64,000 nucleotides of DNA from a virus. Shown here piece by piece: positions 49,818 to 58,901 of the stretch. The position numbers and the translations under genes were made by a program. Every line of letters begins with the position of its first letter. Within the stretch, counting starts at the first letter, position 1. Below the pieces are notes generated by a model that searched no databases, was not told the origin of the DNA, and saw only the letters and a list, made by a program, of their open reading frames with translations. The stretch is taken from positions 1 through 64,000 of IMG/VR virus record IMGVR_UViG_3300013306_000002. One strand, given 5' to 3'.

Positions 49818-49894
49818 GGTCGCGTCGTCGCGATGCTGATGAAGAATCTTGGGGCGGAGCGAATTCTCCGCTTACCTAGTATCGCGACGACGCG
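49818..49894 (-). promoter_or_regulatory. Nested stem-loop in the 5' leader of a minus-strand operon
   Basis: 49821-49837 pairs with 49878-49894 (16/17); inner GCGGAG/CTCCGC stem at 49854-49871. Confidence 0.55.
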
Positions 49895-49912
49895 TCTACG
49901 TTTGTAGCACAA

Positions 49913-50371
49913 TCAGTCCAAGTCCAGCAATGACATGCGAATGACCGTGGCGTCCCGCTGGTCCTCTGTCTGTGGGAGTTCGGGTGCGGACGTGTGCTTG
50001 ACGAGCTCGGCGCGTGCAGCGTTCCGCTCGCGGATAGCGGCATCCCGTGCGACCTCAGCTTGGACTTGTCGGCTCACCGCCTCATCTCGCTCAAGCCCGG
50101 CGTTGTCGACCCGCTCGTCCGCCATGCGCGCTGCCTGTTCGGAGTTCAGCGCGCGCTGTCGCTCCTGTTGAAGCGCAACGGCCTGGCGCCGCTGGCTCTC
50201 CTGAGCCGATACCAGCTTGCTGCGCAAGTCTGCTAACTCTCGCTGGTATCGCTGGCCGATGGTCTCCTGGCCGGAGAACGCGCAGGATCGGTGCATCACC
50301 TCGGTCCCAAGCACCCGGACATCGTTGCCCGCAATGATGGACTGCAGGCAGATAGCGCAGGTCGCAGGCAT
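49913..50371 (-). CDS. Zn-finger plus coiled-coil protein
   Basis: CAIC...HRSC followed by a coiled coil. Confidence 0.55.
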   Translation of the reverse strand: MPATCAICLQSIIAGNDVRVLGTEVMHRSCAFSGQETIGQRYQRELADLRSKLVSAQESQRRQAVALQQERQRALNSEQAARMADERVDNAGLERDEAVSRQVQAEVARDAAIRERNAARAELVKHTSAPELPQTEDQRDATVIRMSLLDLD

Positions 50372-50381
50372 GCCGATGGAT

Positions 50382-50954
50382 TCAGTGCTGCGTCGACCGC
50401 GCGATCATGATCCGCTCAACCGCGTCGCGGATCTCGACGAGCGTGTCGGGATCGGCCTCGGAGCACAGCGCTTGCACACACTCGACGATCATTACAGGCT
50501 CCCTGAGGTGCGGCAAAAGCTGAGTTACTAACGCGCCAATGACTTCCTGCCGAGGATGTTGACTAGTGACAAACCGAACTCGAATATCGGTTGCCGCCTC
50601 GCCGATAAAACTCGTTAGAATCGCCGGTACCGCAATGTTGAACTCGAGCCCGCTGAGCTTGATGGTCTCAGTTTCGTAACTCTCAATGAAGTCTTCGTGC
50701 TCCATCACATCCAGATCGAAAACAGGGATATCGCGTTCCTCGTCGCGCTCGCCGGCCCCATAGTCGGTGCGAACTACCCAGTCGCCAGTCTCCGCGAAGA
50801 TCGGTTCTCCATCGGTGTGGATGACGAGCAGAGGGTCGCCGGCCGACTTGACCGCGATCTCTCTCGTCCCAAACAGCGCCTGCAATTCCGGCGTGACCTC
50901 GCCTTTCCACTGCGCGGCGGTCACCTCGTGGGGGATGCTCCTGAACCTGGGCAT
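50382..50954 (-). CDS. Phage hypothetical protein
   Basis: MPRFRSIPHEVTAAQW...GDWVV...F..SYE, the same domain type as the N-terminus of 51132..51929. Confidence 0.55.
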   Translation of the reverse strand: MPRFRSIPHEVTAAQWKGEVTPELQALFGTREIAVKSAGDPLLVIHTDGEPIFAETGDWVVRTDYGAGERDEERDIPVFDLDVMEHEDFIESYETETIKLSGLEFNIAVPAILTSFIGEAATDIRVRFVTSQHPRQEVIGALVTQLLPHLREPVMIVECVQALCSEADPDTLVEIRDAVERIMIARSTQH

Positions 50955-51131
50955 CAGCGAATGTCCTCGTCGCGGGTCCCGAGATGAAACCACGACGGGG
51001 TTCGCGGCGCGCGCATGAGGGTCGCCAGCGCTTGGCCAAAGAACCCGCCGATGGCCGCAGAGACTTCGCAGTCCCGCTTCAAGGACTCGAAGTCGACCGC
51101 TGGCGGATCGCGATCCGCGACTTGTTGGCGC

Positions 51132-51929
51132 TCACGTGTTGAGCGGTGAGGACGAGGCATGTTGTGAACTCCTTTCGTTCAGGGGCCGGATTTGAGCGCG
51201 GATCTCCATCCAGAGATGGCCTAGCATGTTCTGCCCGTCGCGGTTCGGTCCCCATCCCCAGAAGCTGTCGCGCCACGAGTCCTCGATGAGGATGCGGTCG
51301 CCGGTCTCGAGCAACTTCTTGCGCACGTACGAGTGCTGCTCGACCTTGGCGCGCAGGATGTCCCGCATGACATCAACCCGCATGTCGCCCCAAGTGGGGA
51401 CCTTGAGGAGATCGTTGTTCTGGGCGATCTTGAACGCCTCGTGCGCGGAGCCGGCGTTGCGGATCTCGTCGCGAACCATGGCTCGCCGACCGTTGGTCTC
51501 CTCGTCGAAGAACTTCTCCCACTGGTAGGCGGCCTCGCTCGTATCAAACCGATGCCCTCGCCAGCGAAGCGTGAATGCGCTGAAGTTGCTCAGCACGTAG
51601 AACTCATTTCCGTAGAAACACACCTGATCAGCAGGTTCATAGATCGCCTCGAAAGCTTCGGCCGACCAGGAGGCGAACTGACCCTGCCTGTCCCGGGCGA
51701 TCCACGAGCCGGCCGATACTGGCATCGGACCATGTTGCGTCGTCACCATCGCGCACGGAGGCGTCTCGGTGTAGTCGAACTGACACAGAAGCTCCGAGCG
51801 ACCAGCCGGAGCGTCCGGCCACGCGACCCGCACCTCGGCGCCAGCGAGCCATGTCGTGAGTTCTTCCACGTTCGCCCCGGTCCATCGGAACGCATCGACC
51901 ACACTTGATTTTCTCTGAAACTTGGCCAT
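51132..51929 (-). CDS. NADAR (YbiA-like) domain protein with a phage N-terminal domain
   Basis: LSNF, TSEAAYQWEKF, K.EQH, LLETGDRILIEDS..DSFWG, GQNMLG.LWMEIR. Confidence 0.85.
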   Translation of the reverse strand: MAKFQRKSSVVDAFRWTGANVEELTTWLAGAEVRVAWPDAPAGRSELLCQFDYTETPPCAMVTTQHGPMPVSAGSWIARDRQGQFASWSAEAFEAIYEPADQVCFYGNEFYVLSNFSAFTLRWRGHRFDTSEAAYQWEKFFDEETNGRRAMVRDEIRNAGSAHEAFKIAQNNDLLKVPTWGDMRVDVMRDILRAKVEQHSYVRKKLLETGDRILIEDSWRDSFWGWGPNRDGQNMLGHLWMEIRAQIRPLNERSSQHASSSPLNT

Positions 51930-51948
51930 CTCGTGAACTCCTTTTCGC

Positions 51949-53037
51949 TCAGAACGAGTCTGCCATGGCCTTGGCCCGCACGTCTCGCAAGTCGAGCGTC
52001 CTTCGTGCCTTACTCACTTCGGCTACGATGTCGCACCCCACCAGCCAGCGGGCGCTCAGCCGCTGCCCTGAAATCGCGCTGTACTCGCGCAGGAGCGCGA
52101 GGTCGTCCATGGTCACCCGATCGGCGACCCAGACCGGGATCATCGCGCTGAGCGCGTTCTGGTGGCTCCTGTCGAATGCCGGGTCCCACCTGCCCTGGGA
52201 CAGTTCCCGGATGATCTCCGCAGCGGTGAACGGAGGCACCAGCGCAAGCACGGGTCGCGCCCCTCTCCCCCCCTCCCCCTCTCCGGAAGAGATCAGATCC
52301 TCCGGGATCCGGGATCCGGGATCCGGGATCCTGTTGGTATCCGATACGGTATCGGATACGGTTTCCGGAGCCCTGATTTCTTTCGGTTGACGCAAGATGG
52401 CAGAGTTATCCACAGATGGCTGTGGATTCTGTGAACAACCTGCTCCATGCTGCGGAGCGATACCGTTTCCAGACCCCGAAGCAGTCGCAAAGAGAGATGG
52501 CTGAACGGAAGTCCCGGTGTCCGAATCGGCCAGACGTCGGACGCCGCGGCGCCGCGGTTGCGGGACCACGATGGTCGCGAACGTCTCCTGCCATGCGGAC
52601 TGGTGATGCGAGCTCATGGTCTTGCCTGATGCCCGGGATCCTTCGTCGCAGATCCACGCAAGCAACTTCACATGGCTGTCGCGGACGGGGCACTGCGGCA
52701 CCGTCCGGAACTTCGTCCACCACCCCAGGATCACCTTGCCGTTAGATGGGTACTCGCCCGCATCGGGGAGTTCGCAGAGACGCAAGACGCGGAGTTTGGC
52801 ATCGTATTCGACGAGTTCACGCTGGAGCAGCTTGTCGAGCGCGTCGATGACATCGTCAGGCGGGAGGCGAGCAGCATCAGCCATCGATGGAATGCCGCCG
52901 TGCCAGAGCCCGGGAACATGCCGCTTGGCTTCAGCGGAGGTGTAGAGCGCCAACCACAGGACACGCGGCAACGGGGCTAGGTCGGTCCATGGCTCCCAGT
53001 CCCACAGCGAGGAACCCAGCCGGGTGAAGGCCGTCAT
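51949..53037 (-). CDS. Phage replication initiator-like protein
   Basis: N-terminal wHTH-like region (LWLALYTS..PGL...LVEYD), a low-complexity linker containing DNA repeats, and a helical C-domain. Confidence 0.6.
   Translation of the reverse strand: MTAFTRLGSSLWDWEPWTDLAPLPRVLWLALYTSAEAKRHVPGLWHGGIPSMADAARLPPDDVIDALDKLLQRELVEYDAKLRVLRLCELPDAGEYPSNGKVILGWWTKFRTVPQCPVRDSHVKLLAWICDEGSRASGKTMSSHHQSAWQETFATIVVPQPRRRGVRRLADSDTGTSVQPSLFATASGSGNGIAPQHGAGCSQNPQPSVDNSAILRQPKEIRAPETVSDTVSDTNRIPDPGSRIPEDLISSGEGEGGRGARPVLALVPPFTAAEIIRELSQGRWDPAFDRSHQNALSAMIPVWVADRVTMDDLALLREYSAISGQRLSARWLVGCDIVAEVSKARRTLDLRDVRAKAMADSF
52301..52359. repeat. Iteron-like repeats (candidate origin) within the initiator gene
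   Basis: TCCGGGA four times (52301-52328), plus the inverted repeat GTATCCGATAC-g-GTATCGGATAC (52337-52359). Confidence 0.65.
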
Positions 53038-53423
53038 TTCTTCCTCGGGCGATGCCGTCGCGACGCCACTCCCATGAGGCGTCCGTCGGGCGTCCGCTCG
53101 TTGAAAAGTCTGTTCTTGACGTCGGTGAGGTGCGAGATCTCGCCGTTTAGGCGAGTTATCGTCTCATTCATTCGCGCGAGGATCCGGTTCCCCTCGTCGA
53201 TCTTGGCGTCGACCGCGCCCTCTTGTCGCTTTCGCCACGCGACCAGTTCTTCACGATACTCACACAGCTTCCTTATGTACCACCACGGATCAACAGCCTT
53301 CCCGCAATCATCGCAACTGAGTTCCGCTGCCTTGAATGAGACCGTGACATTGTCATGGTCGCAGGTTTCCTGCTGCCGTCGACGCAGGCGTGGGATCAGA
53401 TCGATGATCTTCGCTTCATCCAT
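53034..53423 (-). CDS. Zn-binding coiled-coil phage protein
   Basis: CDH...CDDC..VDPWW. Confidence 0.55.
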   Translation of the reverse strand: MDEAKIIDLIPRLRRRQQETCDHDNVTVSFKAAELSCDDCGKAVDPWWYIRKLCEYREELVAWRKRQEGAVDAKIDEGNRILARMNETITRLNGEISHLTDVKNRLFNERTPDGRLMGVASRRHRPRKK

Positions 53424-53685
53424 CGACCATGCCTCCAGTGCCCGGGGGCTCCGGAAAGTCGGCGCCCTCGACGGGCGCGTAGTACGTGCCGTCGAGCATC
53501 GCCAACCCTATTCCGAGGAGATCGTACCAGTAGATGAAGTAGGCCAGGACATGCAGGCGCCACATGGCAACCAACAGTACGCCACCCGCGACGTAGATCG
53601 TGCGTTCTCGTCACTGGTGGCGTGTTATGCGGCACGCTGGACAGCCGCACAGCACCACCTGTAGCGTGTCAGGTCGTCGACCACC

Positions 53686-54447
53686 CTACAAATCAACGAC
53701 GGCAATGTGACCAGGATCCGTGATCACCCAGTGATCCCCGTCGGCGCGGTGGACGAGCCCTAGGTTTCCAGCGTGGATGTCGCCGAAAAAGATGTGCTGG
53801 GCGCGGTAGGTCTCAACGAGGCCATCGCCGAGCTCGCGCAGTTCTGGCACCTGAGTCTGTCTGGCCATCTGCTCGCACGTCTCCAGCCACGCCGCGATCG
53901 TACGACGCATTACCTCGTGCGGTCGTCCTCCCTGTCCAAGTCCATTGATTGCCTTGTAAGCCTCTTGTGCCGCGTCCCACTGCGTATTGATGAGCAACAT
54001 GGCGCGATCACCTTGCCGTGAATTATCGGTGCGCTGGTCGAAGAAGACATCGATCTGGCCGACGTAAGCCGCGCTTTCGCGCCAGAGCAAATAGACCTGC
54101 GCGCCCTTCTGATCCAGTGCGCCCTCGGGACGGATCGCCATGTAGTAGCGCACGCAGATCGGCCTTTCGAGCGTACCGGCCAACTCGGCGGCGAACTCCG
54201 CCTCGGTGTCGTCGGCCGTCATCTTCAAGACCACCTGGTCGTCGAGCGTCGGGAAGACGCATCCATACTTGCCGCACCCGTATTCTCGGACGCTCGCTTC
54301 TACGACCTCACCGTCGATGGGTACGATGTCCTGGAACCGGGGCAACCATCGCGCAGGCACGCCCATGCCGCTGAGGGAATCGTACGTATCGGCGATGATC
54401 TTCGTGGCCCAGGGCGGATTGGGGACCATGCGAGAAGCGCGGGGCAT
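53686..54447 (-). CDS. Protein-kinase-like superfamily enzyme
   Basis: Gly loop GCGKYGCV, VLKMT, catalytic DIHAGN, DPG. Confidence 0.75.
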   Translation of the reverse strand: MPRASRMVPNPPWATKIIADTYDSLSGMGVPARWLPRFQDIVPIDGEVVEASVREYGCGKYGCVFPTLDDQVVLKMTADDTEAEFAAELAGTLERPICVRYYMAIRPEGALDQKGAQVYLLWRESAAYVGQIDVFFDQRTDNSRQGDRAMLLINTQWDAAQEAYKAINGLGQGGRPHEVMRRTIAAWLETCEQMARQTQVPELRELGDGLVETYRAQHIFFGDIHAGNLGLVHRADGDHWVITDPGHIAVVDL

Positions 54448-54468
54448 GGTGGTATCCTACAGCGGACG

Positions 54469-55317
54469 ATGGAGATCACGGACGAAAACCTGGGCAAGTT
54501 CAAGGCGTGGCTCCTTGAGCGAGGGCGCACCGAAGGTACCGCCGACGCCTACGTCACGAACCTCCGCAGTTGCGCGGGCGATCGCAAGGGGCTGACTCAC
54601 CGCCTCGTCGCAGGCGATCTTTCACCCAACTCCCTCCGCACGAACCTCGCGGCACTGAGATCCTGGGCGGTCTTCATCGAAGATCCCAGGCTCAGCAAGC
54701 GCCTGGGAGACATCCGCTTGCCGCCAGCGCGCCGCATCCACACCAAACAGCCCTTGGCGATCGATATCCTGCGGAAGCTGATCAAGCACCTACAAGTCTG
54801 CCGAATGCCTTCGGAAGCCATGCGTCAAGTCTTACTTATCATGGCCATCCGAGGCTTCCGGTCGGGCGATGTCCTTCGTCTACGACGGACCGAGATCCAG
54901 CGCGCGCTTGACACCGGCAAGTTGGTTTACGAGGGGAAGGGCCGAAAGCGCCTGGAGTTCGCGGCACAGCCGTTCCGCACTCAACTCGAGGCCCTGATTC
55001 AGATCAGGGGCTGGGACCGGGTGAGGGATCTGATCGCGCACTCCCGAGATCCCAAGGTGGCCAGTGTCAAGGTTTGGCGCGCCGCGCGGCGCGCGGCGAA
55101 CGAGGTCGGCGTTCCCGACATGAACCCCCACCGCTTCCGCCACACCTTCGCAACCCGCTATCTCGAGCAGCTGCGCGGAGATCCCAACGCGATCATCAAG
55201 CTCCAGAAGTACATGGGGTGGGAATCCATGAATACGGCCGCGCGCTACGTGGATGCGGTGTCACAGGACGAACTCGATGCTATCGGGGCCGGGTTGGTGT
55301 CCGGGCTCTTGGACTGA
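54469..55317 (+). CDS. Tyrosine recombinase/integrase
   Basis: SAM-like N-domain; GFRSGD (R), KGRK, HRFRH, MGW..TAARY catalytic residues. Confidence 0.9.
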   Translation: MEITDENLGKFKAWLLERGRTEGTADAYVTNLRSCAGDRKGLTHRLVAGDLSPNSLRTNLAALRSWAVFIEDPRLSKRLGDIRLPPARRIHTKQPLAIDILRKLIKHLQVCRMPSEAMRQVLLIMAIRGFRSGDVLRLRRTEIQRALDTGKLVYEGKGRKRLEFAAQPFRTQLEALIQIRGWDRVRDLIAHSRDPKVASVKVWRAARRAANEVGVPDMNPHRFRHTFATRYLEQLRGDPNAIIKLQKYMGWESMNTAARYVDAVSQDELDAIGAGLVSGLLD

Positions 55318-55546
55318 GGTTCTGGCACCACGCAGTCCTTCGTGGCCTCATCGACGATACTGGCCATCGACTGTCCGGTCTCCTCGCTGCGCTTCTGACC
55401 ACTCCACTCCGTAAGCGCAAGAAGAACGCCGTGATCGAGCCGCTACCCGTAGCGTGCAGCAAACCACTGCACCGCCATGCGAGACATGGATCTGACCGTC
55501 CGGATTGGGTACCCTGCAGGAGATGCCACCATCGAGATCTGCCGTG

Positions 55547-55894
55547 ATGAACGACGATCCACCACCCACCCAGGAGAAGTGGGTGGATCTGGATCCTCCC
55601 TTGCGCAACTCTGATCAACTCGTGGCCGTGTTTTCGCAATGTCGATGGGACGGGAGGATCACGTTCGCGATCCACCGGGAGTTCGAGCGCTACGACTACA
55701 AGACCGGAGAGACCCACATTCTCAAGACCTCCTTCGTTCCGGAAAGTCTCACGGCCTCGTACGCGGCGATCTTGCAACTTGCGCTGCAGCACATCGAGAA
55801 GCTCAAGGGTGAGCGCCTCGCCGGAAAGCTACCCTACCCGGAGGGTGGGGTGGAATCAGAATCCAGGCGCCGCCGGCGTCGCCCGGCCGGATGA
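55547..55894 (+). CDS. Hypothetical protein (possibly nucleic-acid binding)
   Basis: Beta-hairpins followed by a helix and a basic tail. Confidence 0.45.
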   Translation: MNDDPPPTQEKWVDLDPPLRNSDQLVAVFSQCRWDGRITFAIHREFERYDYKTGETHILKTSFVPESLTASYAAILQLALQHIEKLKGERLAGKLPYPEGGVESESRRRRRRPAG

Positions 55895-56478
55895 CTGGTT
55901 GTATCGCGCCCGGGGCGGGCAATCTGCGATGCCCGGAACCCCGGGAGCCCGGGAGCCTGTTCTGCAGGGCCCACGAGAACGCCCCTGCCCCGCAACGCGG
56001 CGGCTGGCTATCGGCTGAGCGCCGGAGACGCAAGATGGCGGCACACCACGAGCAGCGACTCGACGCGTCTAACGTGGCCACTCGCCTGTGGGTGGGCGGC
56101 AGGCCACCATTTGACCGCGATCTGCCAGAGTTCGATGTCCTGGTGCTGTGCGCTCAGGAACTCCAGCCCCGCGAGCTCGCCTTCCACGGGCGCGTGCTGC
56201 GTTGCCCCATCCCCGATGGCACACTTGACCACCAGGAATTGACACGGGCCGTGCTCACGGCCAAGGATGTCGGCGATGAACTCCTGGCCGGTCGGCGTGT
56301 TTTTGTGACCTGTGCGATGGGCCTCAACCGATCGGCGCTCGTGGCCGCACTGGCACTGGCCCGCGCGACCAAAATGACCGCCCCGGAGATTATCGGGCGA
56401 ATCCGCCAGCGTAGACATGCCACCGCACTCTACAACGCGCACTTTCAGGAGATCATCAAGCGCTTAGTGCGCCGATAG
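55891..56478 (+). CDS. Dual-specificity/tyrosine phosphatase
   Basis: CX5R motif VTCAMGLNRS, PIPD loop, IRQRR. Confidence 0.85.
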   Translation: MTGCIAPGAGNLRCPEPREPGSLFCRAHENAPAPQRGGWLSAERRRRKMAAHHEQRLDASNVATRLWVGGRPPFDRDLPEFDVLVLCAQELQPRELAFHGRVLRCPIPDGTLDHQELTRAVLTAKDVGDELLAGRRVFVTCAMGLNRSALVAALALARATKMTAPEIIGRIRQRRHATALYNAHFQEIIKRLVRR

Positions 56479-56481
56479 TCT

Positions 56482-56838
56482 TTACGGGAAGGCGATGTTG
56501 GTGTTGTAGCTCGCCAGGAGCGTGTTCCCCTGGGATATCGAGATGCCACCGGTGCTCTGAAGGAAGCTGGCCATCCAGCAGAGGCCGTAGAGCGCCTTGG
56601 CCGCCTGAGTGAGTTGAGTGAGCGTGATGTTGACTGCGGGCAACTGGTTCGCGATCGCGGAGAGCACCGTCAACCAGTTACTGACCGGATGGGAGTCCGG
56701 CTGCGACTCCGGGAACAGCGGTAGATTCTGAGAGCAAAAAACGGTGAGTACGTTCTTGACCTGATTCGCAATCGACCGCAGTGCCAGGTTGTCATACGAC
56801 TGCCCAGCTGCCGCCGCGAGGGAAGTTGCAAAGGTCAT
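56482..56838 (-). CDS. Hypothetical (probably structural) protein
   Basis: ATGA-coupled within the minus-strand operon. Confidence 0.55.
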   Translation of the reverse strand: MTFATSLAAAAGQSYDNLALRSIANQVKNVLTVFCSQNLPLFPESQPDSHPVSNWLTVLSAIANQLPAVNITLTQLTQAAKALYGLCWMASFLQSTGGISISQGNTLLASYNTNIAFP

Positions 56839-57620
56839 GACTCGTCCTGGTCGGCTACATCGATTCGCAGGGGCGCCGGTCCTCCGTTGTTAAGCGAGAA
56901 GACCAACGCGTCAAACATCCCGTCGACTGTGGCGCGGATGATTTTCCGCACCGATGCCCCTGGGGCCACCACCGCTGGCGCCAGGATCGTCGTCTCCTGG
57001 TGGAAAGGGTTCACGCTGCTATCATCCGTAATGGCGTAGTTGACGGCGCTGATCCCGAACGTGTTGGGCGACACGTTATTACGGTTCGTGAAGTTCACGA
57101 ACGCGTAGCGCCTTCCGTAATAGGGAACGACGATGTAGAGCACGTGGCCACCGGGCACCACGTAGTTTTGGAACACAAACTCCTTGTTGATTCTGGGCGG
57201 GACCACGGAGGCGAGCGGCGTAAAATACTGGACCACATCGAGCAGTGGAGGAACGAACTGGATCGTATCCCCTGCGACGGCGGCGCTGGGCCTGAAGTTT
57301 GGATCGTAGATGTCGTCCGACCAGAATAGGATCCTCCCGGGGCGACCAGCGGGAACGTACTGGGCATCGTTGCGCGCGTTGACGAGACCCGTGAATGATC
57401 GGGTGGGCGAGATCGTCATAAACTGCATGAACGTCGGCACCTGATCATCGAAGTACGCCATGTTGACGTTGGCGATGTCGCTATTGGGGCCCACGCAGAA
57501 GGCATGGCCACCCTGGTCAGACTCGTAGATGTCCCCAGGCGATGAGAGTGGCGTGTTCAGGCGAAAAAACCCGTAGTTGTTGACGGAGTAGGGTGTGGCT
57601 TGCGGTTGAGGAAAGGACAT
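56835..57620 (-). CDS. Beta-rich putative structural protein (penton/vertex candidate)
   Basis: Starts MSFPQPQ; aromatic- and Asn-rich strands; coupled to its neighbours. Confidence 0.55.
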   Translation of the reverse strand: MSFPQPQATPYSVNNYGFFRLNTPLSSPGDIYESDQGGHAFCVGPNSDIANVNMAYFDDQVPTFMQFMTISPTRSFTGLVNARNDAQYVPAGRPGRILFWSDDIYDPNFRPSAAVAGDTIQFVPPLLDVVQYFTPLASVVPPRINKEFVFQNYVVPGGHVLYIVVPYYGRRYAFVNFTNRNNVSPNTFGISAVNYAITDDSSVNPFHQETTILAPAVVAPGASVRKIIRATVDGMFDALVFSLNNGGPAPLRIDVADQDES

Positions 57621-58093
57621 CAGCGACCCGACTTTCCACTGGAAAGCATGGTCGCCGGGGCGGCCGGGACAACCCCCGAGGCCGCGCCCGCGAGACCCGT
57701 GATGGTCTCGAGCCACGGGTACGCTTCCACCAGGACCGCCACCGGGTTCACGCTGGTTGCGGCGATGTAGAGTCGATGCCCCTTCGCCACGTTGAAGGCG
57801 GTCGGCACGCCAGTTTGCAGGAGCTGACCGCGCCCCGAGAGAACTGGCGTTAGGTTGGCGTGTTGCCCGACCGCCACCGGGCCGGCCGTCTTGAGTGTCA
57901 GCGTGACCTTGGCCCACATTCGGTCAGCGTTGTACAGGATGTGCGTGCCGCCAATCTTGGTCAGGTATGTGGACACCTCGTTGCGATTCTCGGCGTCGCC
58001 CGTTGTGGCGGCCGGGGCCCTGGCCTGTGCCACGCTGGGGTTCAGCGAGACTGGAGCGAGTTTGTTGGAGCGGGGCGGGGCTGGCACGTTCAC
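57620..58093 (-). CDS. Small beta-rich putative structural protein
   Basis: GTG start overlapping the upstream stop; beta-strand pattern. Confidence 0.55.
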   Translation of the reverse strand: MNVPAPPRSNKLAPVSLNPSVAQARAPAATTGDAENRNEVSTYLTKIGGTHILYNADRMWAKVTLTLKTAGPVAVGQHANLTPVLSGRGQLLQTGVPTAFNVAKGHRLYIAATSVNPVAVLVEAYPWLETITGLAGAASGVVPAAPATMLSSGKSGR

Positions 58094-58821
58094 CTCTTCA
58101 AGAGGAGCAGGTACCCCAGAATGAGAGCACCGACGGTGATCATGATGGTACCAGAAAGCGGCTCGGTGAAATAGGGGGCGGCGTCATCCGGGATGGTGTA
58201 CGGGCCGACCGGCGGGTCCGGGATTAGGATTGGCGGTCCGCTCAACCCGGAAGAGACCGCCTGGCCGATCGCCCACTGCCGGTCGATGTCGAGTACGCGC
58301 GCGGCGACTTTTGTGGCGCTCTGACTTCCGAGCGGGACCGCGCCGCTCGAGGCCGTCCACTTTGCGATGTCGTGATAGACGTCGCCCGTCGTTAATCCAC
58401 CGAGCGCAGCCTGGGCGAACTGCGCGAGTTGATGGGAACCAGCACGTCCCACCGCGAATGCTAGGCGTGCCAGCTTCCAGGAATCGTCTGTTCCGAGAAT
58501 CGCCTCAGGGAAGGTAAGCATCCAGAGAACGGCCTCGAGTTCGTACTCGAGCACGCCGATGGCAATGTTGGATTCCGGATCCATGCGGGCACCCGCGTCG
58601 AGGCTGAACAGTGGCGGTACATATGCCGCTACCTGCATGAACCCAACCTCTCCAAGCGTCGGGTCGCCGGGCGCCCCGAAGTTACCGCCGCTCTCGTGCA
58701 GGATGATCGAGGCAACCCAGCCGGCCGGCAGCCCACCGCGGTACCTGTCGATCCATACCCCGAGCTGGTCGTAGATCGCCTTCGCGCGTGCTACGTCCGC
58801 GTCGAAGTTCGGGTCGGCCAC
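58090..58821 (-). CDS. Lytic transglycosylase/lysozyme-like protein with a C-terminal TM anchor
   Basis: IILHESGG (catalytic Glu), GFMQV, DPESNIAIG; TM IMITVGALILGYLLL followed by KR. Confidence 0.75.
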   Translation of the reverse strand: MADPNFDADVARAKAIYDQLGVWIDRYRGGLPAGWVASIILHESGGNFGAPGDPTLGEVGFMQVAAYVPPLFSLDAGARMDPESNIAIGVLEYELEAVLWMLTFPEAILGTDDSWKLARLAFAVGRAGSHQLAQFAQAALGGLTTGDVYHDIAKWTASSGAVPLGSQSATKVAARVLDIDRQWAIGQAVSSGLSGPPILIPDPPVGPYTIPDDAAPYFTEPLSGTIMITVGALILGYLLLLKR

Positions 58822-58901
58822 GGAACGGGAGCGTAACGCGAGGCTGGCGCGACCGCAACCGCCGCTTCAAATGCCCCAGAAGCGGGGGCGCAAGAAGATG
58901 C

